A DNA stretch of 56,581 bases, from assembly GCA_004431415.1 (NCBI GenBank), contig QPMI01000465.1, forward strand, positions 1 through 56,581, written 5' to 3'. The notes under the pieces are model-generated. The model did not search any database and was not told where the DNA came from. It saw nothing but the letters and a program-made list of their open reading frames with translations. This DNA is from Cyanophora paradoxa CCMP329. Its lineage: Eukaryota; Plantae; Glaucophyta. The position numbers and the translations under genes are program-made. Of this stretch, positions 25,408 through 34,919 are shown piece after piece. Position 1 is the stretch's first letter, and each line of letters opens with the position of its first letter.

Positions 25408-26416
25408 ATGCCTGTGGATTACATCGAGGTTAGCTCATTTAATACAATCTCTGGTGATGGTCCCACATCAAGCTTTGTGGCAAGACTCCCCAGTAGTTAT
25501 GAGAATGTGAGGGCTGTGAGACTGGTCTCAGCCGAATTTTATAACAGCATCCCTATGGTGAGTGGTGAAACCAAAGTAGGAGATGTGACAGTTGACAATG
25601 CATTTAGCATTTATTATTCTGAACAAACTCCTGGAGCTGGAAGCTCAGGAATTCCAACAGTTCGCCCAGCTGCTGACTATTAACAATGGAAACAATTCAT
25701 TATAAGTCGAAACACCCCCATCCAAAGCCACCAGCAACTGGTGAATGTAATTAACTCTAAATTCGAAGGCAGAAATCCCCAACCATCCATTCGCTGCAAA
25801 TGGGATGAATCACTGAAACGAATTATATTCCACTCAGCAGTACCATTTTACTTGGCTTTCTCAGTAGCTGTGAACCCAAGCCAACAAACAATCCAAAAGC
25901 TGTTGAGTTCAGCTAGACTGCTGGGTCTTGATCCTGGAAGATATGGTAACTCCCAATCCAATCACAGGTCTATGATGCTCTCACTGATGGAATCTTTACT
26001 GGTGGTCGCGTGAATGGCATTATATCTTCTTTTGAGCCTGAGAAGACCAGGGACAGTGTTTTGTTTGTGAGAGTAAAGGAGCTGGGTGATCTGGTGCAAT
26101 GTGGGGATGGTCTTCTGACTGGTTACTTTCACAAAATAGTGGTCCCTGATAAAGACTATGGTGAGCATGTTGTTTACAATTCAACAGAGGCTCATCCACT
26201 TTATAAATACTATAACAAAAGGTTGGATTATCCACTTTCTCGGTTGATATTGTTAATGCTGTAAATGAACCAATTGATTTTGAGGGTCAACCTGTTCATC
26301 TGACCTTTGAAATTCGCTATGGTGATGAGCCAGCAGGAGACCCAGTTTATGAATACTTTAAGATGAGAATGTCGCAGCTTCACCCTTCCTATCCAGTTAT
26401 TACAAGCTTCGCATAA
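25408..26416 (+). CDS. Minor capsid (penton) protein 2 (frameshifted)
   Basis: LPSSYENVRAVRLVSAEFYNS; LFVRVKEL; FHKIV; LSRL..DIVNAVNEPIDFEGQPVHLTFEI. Confidence 0.7.
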
Positions 26417-26469
26417 ATTAAGGATCATTGGTAGATTTTTTATGTTGCAGTATAATAAAAGAGAATATA

Positions 26470-27839
26470 ATGGATATCACTTCCACTCTTCAAAGACTTT
26501 CGCTGAAAGAAGCCCTAACAACCCCAGAAGAGGCGAAAGCCTTTTTCCTGGATAACTCCCTTATGCTTGGTCTCGAATCCAAATCTAAGCCAGTTCTAGT
26601 TGTTGTGAATCCCAGCAATACTTTTGAGAATAATGTTGGAAATCGCATTTCCTTCAAGCTACCTCGCTACAATTTCTGTGGAAAACTCGAACTTGCTTTC
26701 AACCTTCCAGCCATCACTTTTGCTGGTGATACTGACCTAGTTCGCAATGGATACACTCGCCCAGTTGGTGCTTTAGTTCAGCGACTTGAAATTACCTATG
26801 GATCTTACACCTACCATATTCCATCTGATTTCCTTGCTCATTTCCCCCTGGTCTATTATTCGGAGGATCAACTAGCTAAAAAGAAGCGATCAATGGGCAT
26901 GGTTCATGGCATTCCTGCTCATGGAACCAACCGCCTTGGTGGCTCATTTTTCGTTGAAATCCCTGTGCCTTGGCTAAATCACTACCTTCCCCTTGGTGCT
27001 TTATCTGGTGAAATGGTTGTTACTGTTTGGTTTAAGGATGCTGGAAAGGGTTATGTTGAAACTTCCTATGGTGGTCGCTCTCTCCCTGTTGTTGGTGGGA
27101 CAGTTGCTGATAAGACAGAAGATGATGGTCTTGGTGATACTGCTAATGCCACACTTGCCCATGTTGGTCAAAATATCACAACTTTCAGTCTTGGTGCAAC
27201 AACTCCTGTTATTTCTATTACTTCTCCTCGCCTTTACATGCATGCTGTTAATGTTTCTGATGAGCTTTTCGCTACTGTAATTGAAAAGGTTAAGACTACT
27301 GGCATGGCTATTCCTGCTCTAGACATTGGGTTTGTAGATGCTAGTGCTTTCCCTGCCAAGGGCAATGCCCAACCCAATCGAATTAACCTCTCTCAAATCT
27401 CAGGTCTTGTATATGCTCTGCTTGTTTCAGTTCGTGATCATGAAACTGTTGACAAATCCAATGGCTCCACAGTGTTCTTAAGACCTATGCCAACTCCAAA
27501 GACATCACATTCACAACTGAAATAAATGGACAGCGACTTTTTGCCACTGAGCCAATTTCCCTACTCAAAGGTGCTGAGCTAATTGCTGATGCCTTCAAAT
27601 GCTCTAACATGGATAAGGTTGCTGATCGCTATGTCCTTTCAGGACTCCCATTCTGCCTTGATGGAGAAAAGGCAATTCGAAATATTGCTCAAAGTGGATT
27701 TGTTGACCTGACAAATTCCTCATCTTCATTCCTCACCCTCTACATGCCTTCAGATAAGACAATTGATGTTAATGTTTGCGCTCTCATGCATAGCTTTATT
27801 ATTGTAGACAAAGATGGATTACGTCGTATAAATTTGTAG
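26470..27839 (+). CDS. Major capsid protein, double jelly-roll (frameshifted near 27480-27525)
   Basis: ~455 aa, next to pentons and ATPase; GNRISFKLPR, LELAFNLPAI, VGALVQRLEITYG, VEIPVPW, YLPLGAL match the NCLDV-type MCP N-terminal pattern. Confidence 0.75.
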
Positions 27840-27912
27840 TAATCTTACCATTTCTCGTAAGGCATTTAAAGAAAAAATGATTATTTATTTTTGAAATCTT
27901 TTACAAAGTAAA

Positions 27913-28845
27913 ATGTCTTATACTACTAAGTCCTTTATCGAAAAAGCTGTCGAAGTGCATGGCTATAATTATGATTACTCTAAAGTTATCTATGAAGGGA
28001 CCATGAAGAAGATTAATATTATATGCAACACCTGCAAGACTGAGTTTTGGCAAGCTGCTCATAGTCATATTAATCAGAAATGTGGTTGTCCCTCATGTGG
28101 GAATATTAAAAAGGGAATGTCAAATAGATTAACCACTGAACAGTTTGTCAAAAGAGCGACGGAAAAGCATGGAGATCTTTATGACTATTCAGAATCTGTT
28201 TATATTAAGGGAGAAGACCCTATTAAAATATTCTGTAAGAAATGTCAAGAGTATTTCAATCAAAAGCCACACAAACACATGCATGGTGATGGGCATGCAA
28301 AATGTAAAATGGATCGCATCAAAGATAAGTTGCAAATGGGGATTGAGAAATTCACAGAGAGAGCTTTGAAACTCTATGGAGATAACTACGATTTATCTAA
28401 AGTTGAGTATGTAAATGCAAGAACAAAAGTTACCATTATCTGTAAAAAGTGTGATCTTGAATTCAAAAAGACACCAAGTGATTTTCTCAATGGGTATGGC
28501 TGTCTGTCATGTAGATCGTCTATTGGTGAGACGAAAGTTCAAGCAGCCCTAAAAGAAATTGGTTTAGACTTCTCAATATCCCACAGATTTCCTGATTGCA
28601 AGCATAAAAGAGTTCTCCCATTCGATATTTATATTCCATCTCTCAAAATTGCAATTGAATATGATGGTATACAACATTTCAAACCTGTGGAACAGTTTGG
28701 AGGTCAGAAGGCCTTTGAAGATACCCAAATTCGTGATGGAATTAAAAATCGGTACTGTGAAGCTAATAATATCAAACTCCTAAGAATCCCATACACCGAA
28801 ACTGATATTGAGGGTTGCATTAAACGATTCCTATCTAACCTGTAA
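27913..28845 (+). CDS. Homing-type endonuclease: three zinc-ribbon repeats plus Vsr/DUF559-like nuclease
   Basis: HGxxYDYSxxxY...IxCxxC repeats; LPFDIYIPSLKIAIEYDGIQHF...IKLLRIPY. Confidence 0.8.
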   Translation: MSYTTKSFIEKAVEVHGYNYDYSKVIYEGTMKKINIICNTCKTEFWQAAHSHINQKCGCPSCGNIKKGMSNRLTTEQFVKRATEKHGDLYDYSESVYIKGEDPIKIFCKKCQEYFNQKPHKHMHGDGHAKCKMDRIKDKLQMGIEKFTERALKLYGDNYDLSKVEYVNARTKVTIICKKCDLEFKKTPSDFLNGYGCLSCRSSIGETKVQAALKEIGLDFSISHRFPDCKHKRVLPFDIYIPSLKIAIEYDGIQHFKPVEQFGGQKAFEDTQIRDGIKNRYCEANNIKLLRIPYTETDIEGCIKRFLSNL

Positions 28846-28901
28846 ACCATATTCAGTCACCTTGCATTATTTTTATCTGTTTCTTTATAGAAAGATACAC
28901 A

Positions 28902-29694
28902 ATGCCAATACCAAGTTCTGATCTGGATGAATTTGTGGCTGGTGAAATGATAGAACCCCTTTCAGACTACTCATACTCGGAAAAAGTGGATGCGGAAAAA
29001 CAGAAGCTGTAAAATATTATTTGAAACAGCTGCATGATGCCAAAAAGATTGATACAACACTTATTATATCCGCTACCTCATTTTCACATTTTTGGGACAA
29101 AGCTGCTACTGTTCAACTGGGTGCATGGGATCCCAATACATGTCGAAAATTATAAAAGAAAGAGAGGCAAAAAGGGAGAAAGGAGAAGAACTTAACCATA
29201 TGCTGGTGATTTTAGAGGATATGATAGAAAATGACCAGCTGGATCTCAGTCGAGATAAAACAGTGGGAATGCTTTATGTTCGTGGCAGACATGTCAATAT
29301 ATCAATTATAACTATTTCCCAAAAATTAAGAAAGGTCGCAAGTGTTATTCGCTGCAATAGTGATATAGTAATTATGGTTTGTGCAAGCAATCAAAAAGAG
29401 CTGGAAGCATTTGCAGAGGAGTTTTCGACTTTTCCTCGCAAAGAAGATTTCTATCAACTGTTTGAAGAGTATGTCCACTCATATCAATTCCTTGTTTATA
29501 CATCTTTCAAGTATAATGTGGGCTACTATGTTGATAAAGCCGATTTAGTTGGAGATTTCGATTTTCCTCGCTTCCACAGGAAGCCCAAGAAGAAAGAAGA
29601 TGAACTGAAACCACCAGAGAAAGAGGAAGCCCCTAAAGAAGTGAAAAGCCAAGTCCATAGCAATAAATTGATGCGATATAAACGCGGTTTATAA
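28902..29694 (+). CDS. A32-like FtsK/HerA DNA packaging ATPase (frameshifted)
   Basis: Walker A G.KSGCGKT (~28980), Walker B LVILED, RGRHVNISIITISQ, IRCN. Confidence 0.88.
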
Positions 29695-29722
29695 AATTAT
29701 CTCTCATTCTAATAAAGATACA

Positions 29723-30419
29723 ATGCCTCCCAAACGAAAGATAGGGATTCCAGCTGGGGCTGTTGGCTATTCAGGTGGTGGAAACAATGGATCCATTAAT
29801 ACTGAACCAATGAAATTCAATGGTATGAATGAGGTGAAGCCCTCACAGCAAGAAGAAGACCCCTCAATGCTGCCTATGAGGAATCAGTTGATGACAAAGC
29901 CCCACAGGCTTCAACCAGTGACCAACTCAACATCTCACCAGAAGCCTCAAAAATGAAAGCTGTTGCTGAGGGTGCCAGGCGAATTATTGGGGCTGCTGAT
30001 GACAAAGGTTTAGGCTTGCAAGATCTTTCACTGGCTCGCAAAGGTGAGGGTCTTAGTAAGGAATCAGACAAGGTAATTCAGTCTATGGCTGGTGAAGTCA
30101 CATACAAGACTGCTCCCACTCAAAATATTCATCGAATTCCAAGGCTCAATGGGATGAGATGACTGCTAAACTCAAAGATCTGGAAGCCAAATCAAGTGCC
30201 TTGGAGCAGTATGTTACTGAGAAGAAAGAGAGATCCAAGCTAAAGGAGATGCTTCGAAAGGAAGTTTATAAAATGGGCATTACTGGTGTCCCAGATAAAC
30301 AGTTTATTGCTAAGAAAGAGAACCAAATTGATGAGCAGGCAGTAGATGAAATGAAAACAAAGACCAGAAGGGAACTATTGAACCTGGTGCCACCAAAGCT
30401 GAAGTCGAAAAGGGAGTAG
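29723..30419 (+). CDS. Hypothetical basic/coiled-coil viral protein (probably one frameshifted gene)
   Basis: Three abutting plus-strand ORFs starting MPPKRK, behind a taataaagatacaATG context. Confidence 0.5.
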
Positions 30420-30476
30420 CCCCAACAGTATATAAAAGACGAGTTTGGCTTTAATTTTCTCTGTTTTATTAGAGAC

Positions 30477-30749
30477 ATGGATATAATACGAAAGTTTATT
30501 GAGATGCTCAGTCTGCATGTGGTGAGCAATTGCCACAGTGGATGCTGTGACACAACAATAGAGTTTGAGATGTCAGATACTGAGGATAATGTATCTGAGG
30601 CAAGAGAGAGAAGGAGATCAACAGTTTCAGTGGAGTCAATGCCAGCAGACCCCACAGAGTATACATATGAGCAACAGGAGTATCCAAGGAGAAGTTCTTT
30701 ACCAGGCGAAAACGTTTTCTCAGCAAATATTAATGGAGGATACAATTAG
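30477..30749 (+). CDS. Hypothetical viral protein
   Basis: 90-aa ORF with a viral-type start context (tattagagacATG). Confidence 0.45.
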   Translation: MDIIRKFIEMLSLHVVSNCHSGCCDTTIEFEMSDTEDNVSEARERRRSTVSVESMPADPTEYTYEQQEYPRRSSLPGENVFSANINGGYN

Positions 30750-30978
30750 TTTGATCGAGTTTACTAGTGATGAGCCTTTAACTGAGGGTGCTATTAGACA
30801 CATTCTAGCAAAGCAGAAACGATATAGAGAGGACCCAGCATATAGAGAGTATAAGAAACAACAAGCCCTGGCATCCTATTATCGCAGAAAAGCCCAAAAA
30901 GAGGAGCAGAGACCCAGAGGGAGACCGATTAAATATTATTTGCCTACTGATAGTAGCAATGGACCCACAGGTCTATAA
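30733..30978 (+). CDS. Small basic protein with AT-hook
   Basis: QKRYREDPAYREYKKQQALASYYRRK...RPRGRPIKY. Confidence 0.55.
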   Translation: MEDTISLIEFTSDEPLTEGAIRHILAKQKRYREDPAYREYKKQQALASYYRRKAQKEEQRPRGRPIKYYLPTDSSNGPTGL

Positions 30979-31130
30979 GATACTTGAGAAAAAGCGGTCT
31001 CAGTATGCTACTGAGGCAGCTATTAAAGTTTACAGACAGGAACTGGTGTTCGCAACAAAAAATGACTTAAAGAAAAAGTAGATAGGTTGTATTGAGGAAA
31101 AATTATTTTCGTATCTACTATTAAAGAGAA

Positions 31131-31460
31131 ATGCCGAATATCCGCAAGATACTCACAGATGATGAAAAAGCAGAGAAGCTGAGACTGAAAAGGGAGCAAG
31201 ATGCCCAAAGAAAACGCGAAGCCTATCATAAAAAGAAGGAGGAACGATTATCCCAAGGAGCCGCTACAGTTCACACACCAGAAGAACTCAAAAAGATTGC
31301 CCTCAGACACCAGAGGAAATACAGGGAAAATGAAGAATATCGCGAACAGAAAAAGGCGAAAGCGCTGGAATACTACCACAAGAAAAAGACGAACTACCCA
31401 AGACACCCAAAGAGCATAAACCGGTTGGAAGACCTCGGAAATATATCGAAGAATAAATTC
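31131..31460 (+). CDS. Small basic protein with AT-hook-like motif, paralog of 30733-30978
   Basis: QRKYRENEEYREQKKAKALEYYHKKK; the shifted frame gives KPVGRPRKY. Confidence 0.55.
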
Positions 31461-31673
31461 TCGATCGAAACAAATTTTGTAGAAATCGATTTGATCGGAG
31501 GCAAAAAAATGACAGCTTTCTTCCCTCTTTTTTAAAACTGTACCTATATATCGAGACAGTATCCCGACCCAAAACTACTTAAGGACTTGGCAAATAATAG
31601 GATATATATAAAAGACAATTCCTCCTTCCGAAATTATTTTCTTCGTTAAAGGTAGAAGTCCCCAAAATCGAAA

Positions 31674-34266
31674 ATGAACAAAATCGAGAAATTCGCCACC
31701 CCTGTTGAAAATGCTACATTCCTTAGTACTCTCATTGGTGATCGCAACAAGGTCACCCATGTATTTGATTCTGCTGAAGATGCCCTTGAAGCCATTGATA
31801 ATAGCAAGGTTAAGACCTGGGCTGAATGCATTCAGCCTGAACAAGTCACCAGAGTTTACCTGGACCTGGATAAATTCGCTGATTTGAAGGAGAACATTGC
31901 TGAAAACTATGCTGAGGCTGAAACTGTTGTAAGAGAGATGAGAGATAAGCTATGGAAGCGATCTGGGACCACTTCGATTAACGATATTGCTGTTGCAGTT
32001 CGCCATAGAAGGGTTTATTTGATCAAGGAGGATGTCACCAAGTTCAAGATCTCAGCCCACTTTATCATTAAATCGCTTGCATGCAAACATGAAGATATCC
32101 CAAGCTTTTCAAAGCTATGGGATTGGTGAAAAATGAGGATTATGACAGTGGAGTTTACAGCTCCACACAGAACCTTATCTGCCTCAATTGCTGCAAAGGT
32201 GAGACTCTGGATGCTCAAAATAAATCAAAGAAAGATGTTGATAAAAACGTTTGCTTTAAGAAATTCGTTGACTGTGACAAAGTGTTAATGCGAAATGAGG
32301 ACTTCTTTGTATCTTTCTTCTCAGCTTCTACTAAACTTGTGGATGAATCGAATATTTCTGCATTCGCAAATTATAGCCCTGAGCCAAAACCAGTTAAAAA
32401 GGAGCCAAAAAGTGATAAAGTGAAGACTGAGAAGGTAGAAGCTGAAAAAGACACTGAACCCGAAAATCCTGTTACTTTCGAACTGCTACAAAGTGTTATA
32501 ATGGGTCTGAATGGTGAGAGAGCTAATGAGTATAAAACTTGGATTGATGTAGGACTGGTCATCATCAATGTTGGGGAAGACAACAAGTTCACCCCTAAAA
32601 TGCAAGCTGAACTCTTCCACCAATTCTCAGAACAGAGTGACAAGTATGATTATGATGAATGCCAGGAGAAGTTTACACAGCTTCGCAGAAGCAAGAAGAA
32701 GGCTGAGCCTGGCAAAGTGTTGACCTTCAAATCCTTGGTTTATTGGTTGAGCAAAGATAACAATGAGCTTTTCAAGGAACTCTTCCCCAAAAAGTATGCA
32801 TTCCTACCAGAGGACACAGATGAAATCGATTACAAGACTGCAAGTATCCCTCCTTTGGCTGAACATTACAATGTGCATAAGAGGTATTTCAATGCTCGAA
32901 TGCATCATGTTGAAAATGTTGGTTGTGTGATGCTCTGGGATGAACAACTACTTTGCTGGATGCCCAAAGATATTGGGAAGCTCTCTACAAAGCATTTCCC
33001 CCATTTGATGCATAAGGTGATTGTCAATGAGGGAACAGATAATGAGAAAGAGAAATGGGAGCAATCATTTAGGAAATGGATTGTGGATCCAACAGCCACA
33101 AGATCAACTTACATGGATTTCCTTCCCCTCCTGCTTCTCTCAGTGCAAAATGCAAGTCTGTATTTAATCTCTATCCAGGAATGAAGGTCGACCATCAGCA
33201 ATTCGAAAATGCTCCAGAGGATGTAACTGCTGAGATGATTAAGCCTTTCCTAGATCACTTGTTCTTAATGTCTGGTGAGGATCAAAATACCTATGAATAT
33301 CTGTTGAAATGGTTTGCCCACATGCTGCAAAAGCCTGGGGAACTCAATGGAGTATCCTTAATCTTCATTGGTGAGCAGGGAACTGGTAAAAATGTGTTGG
33401 TTGATACTTTCCAAAAGAAGATACTTGGAGATGCCCTAAGTTATGCAACTGGAAAGCCAAAAGAGGATCTGTTTGGTCGATTTGCCCACAATAGAGAGGA
33501 TAAGATCTTGATTGTTGTGAATGAAGCCTCAGGCAAGGACACATTCGAAAATAATGATATGCTCAAAGATCTCATAACTTCTGATAAGATTGTAATTGAA
33601 CACAAAGGGATAGATTCATACACAAAAAGCAACTTTGCCAGGATTATATTCACCAGCAATAACAACATTCCAGTGAAAATTGAAGCTGGAGATAGGCGAT
33701 TTGTGGTTGTTGAAGTTAGTAAGAAATTCGCAAAGGATAGGTCATACTTCCTTCCACTTGTAAAATGGCTAAATGATCACTGCAATATTCGAAACATTGC
33801 CCACTATTTGAGAACCAAAGTTGACTGTGAGGATGTGAACTGGATTGCTGATAGACCCCTTACAAATAAATACTATTTAGCCCAACAGGTGTGCGCTCCA
33901 ATCATTCTTATGTTCACTAAGTGGCTTGTGGATCGAGGCTTAATTTCCGAGAATAAATGCAAGTCTGGTAGCCTTGTGGAAACCTGGAAGTGGTTCCAGG
34001 AGTTTATTACCAGCAATAAATATAAAAACGATTATAATAGTCGCCGATATTATACTGAAATGAGAAGTGTTACATATATCCAAGTGAAAACTACAAATGG
34101 CAAACAATACTATCATTTCCTATTCCCACAAGTATTTGAGGAATTCAGAAAGATGAAGCTTGTAGATGATGAGACTATTGAGGAAGAAGCTAATCCAAGG
34201 ATGAAACAGGACCTACCTGCTGCTGATCCTGATGCATCAGATTATGATTCTGATGTTGAAGTTTAG
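31674..34266 (+). CDS. AEP primase + PriCT-2 + SF3 (D5/DUF5906-like) helicase (two frameshifts)
   Basis: AEP motifs VYLDLD, ISAHF, YDSGVYS; PriCT-2 YKTWIDVG...FHQFSEQSDKY; GEQGTGKN, IVVNEA, IFTSNN, DRRF. Confidence 0.9.
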
Positions 34267-34274
34267 GTTTACTC

Positions 34275-34460
34275 AAAAGTGGACTCATGGTTGACTCAAA
34301 TTTATCATAAAAGACCCAAACAGTCTTTTATTTATGGTTTATTTATCGATTAGGTTGACTAAGTGGGGGGAGTTGACTCATTTTTTCACAGATTCTAAAA
34401 AAGGACTCTGCCCTAAAAAGAAATAAAAAGTGCCTCAACTCCACCCACTAAGTCAACCAA
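34275..34460. promoter_or_regulatory. Internal diverged copy of the inner TIR motif array (putative origin)
   Basis: aaagtggactca.ggttgactca, ggttgactaagtggggggagttgac and the inverted tcaactccacccactaagtcaacc mirror 40478-40668. Confidence 0.6.
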
Positions 34461-34509
34461 AAAATGATTTAAGAGATAGAAAAATATATTTATATGTAAG
34501 TAGTAAGAA

Positions 34510-34860
34510 ATGGCTGGAACAGATCATGATTCTGGATCGATCTATATGATTGAGAGTGAAGAATTGAATAAAGTTTATATAGGGAGAACCTCACAGCCAC
34601 TACAAAAAAGATGGAGACAACACAAATCAGGTCAAATGCCATCTACAGCAGACCTATGCAAGGCTTCTGATGTGAGGTTTTCAGTCCTTTATTCAACTAA
34701 GAAGGGTGGGCATGAAGACCTTATGAACAGAGAAGCATATTACATGTATCTCTTTGAACCTTGGATAGTCAATCTACAAAAACCGAAATCTCGATTTAGG
34801 ATTAATAGGTTTTTGCGATTTCATTCAGAGGAAGCCAATGGATCCATTAAAACATTTTAA
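34510..34860 (+). CDS. GIY-YIG endonuclease
   Basis: GSIYMIES...KVYIGRT...KRWRQH...NREAYY. Confidence 0.85.
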   Translation: MAGTDHDSGSIYMIESEELNKVYIGRTSQPLQKRWRQHKSGQMPSTADLCKASDVRFSVLYSTKKGGHEDLMNREAYYMYLFEPWIVNLQKPKSRFRINRFLRFHSEEANGSIKTF

Positions 34861-34919
34861 ATTGCGTTTAGAACATCCTAAAATAAAATATCCCTTAGAA
34901 TAGGAACAAGTTAGGAATA

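Noticed and set aside
29723-31535. Adenain-like maturation protease
   Set aside because: No His/Asp/Gln-Cys protease pattern seen in these or other unassigned viral ORFs.
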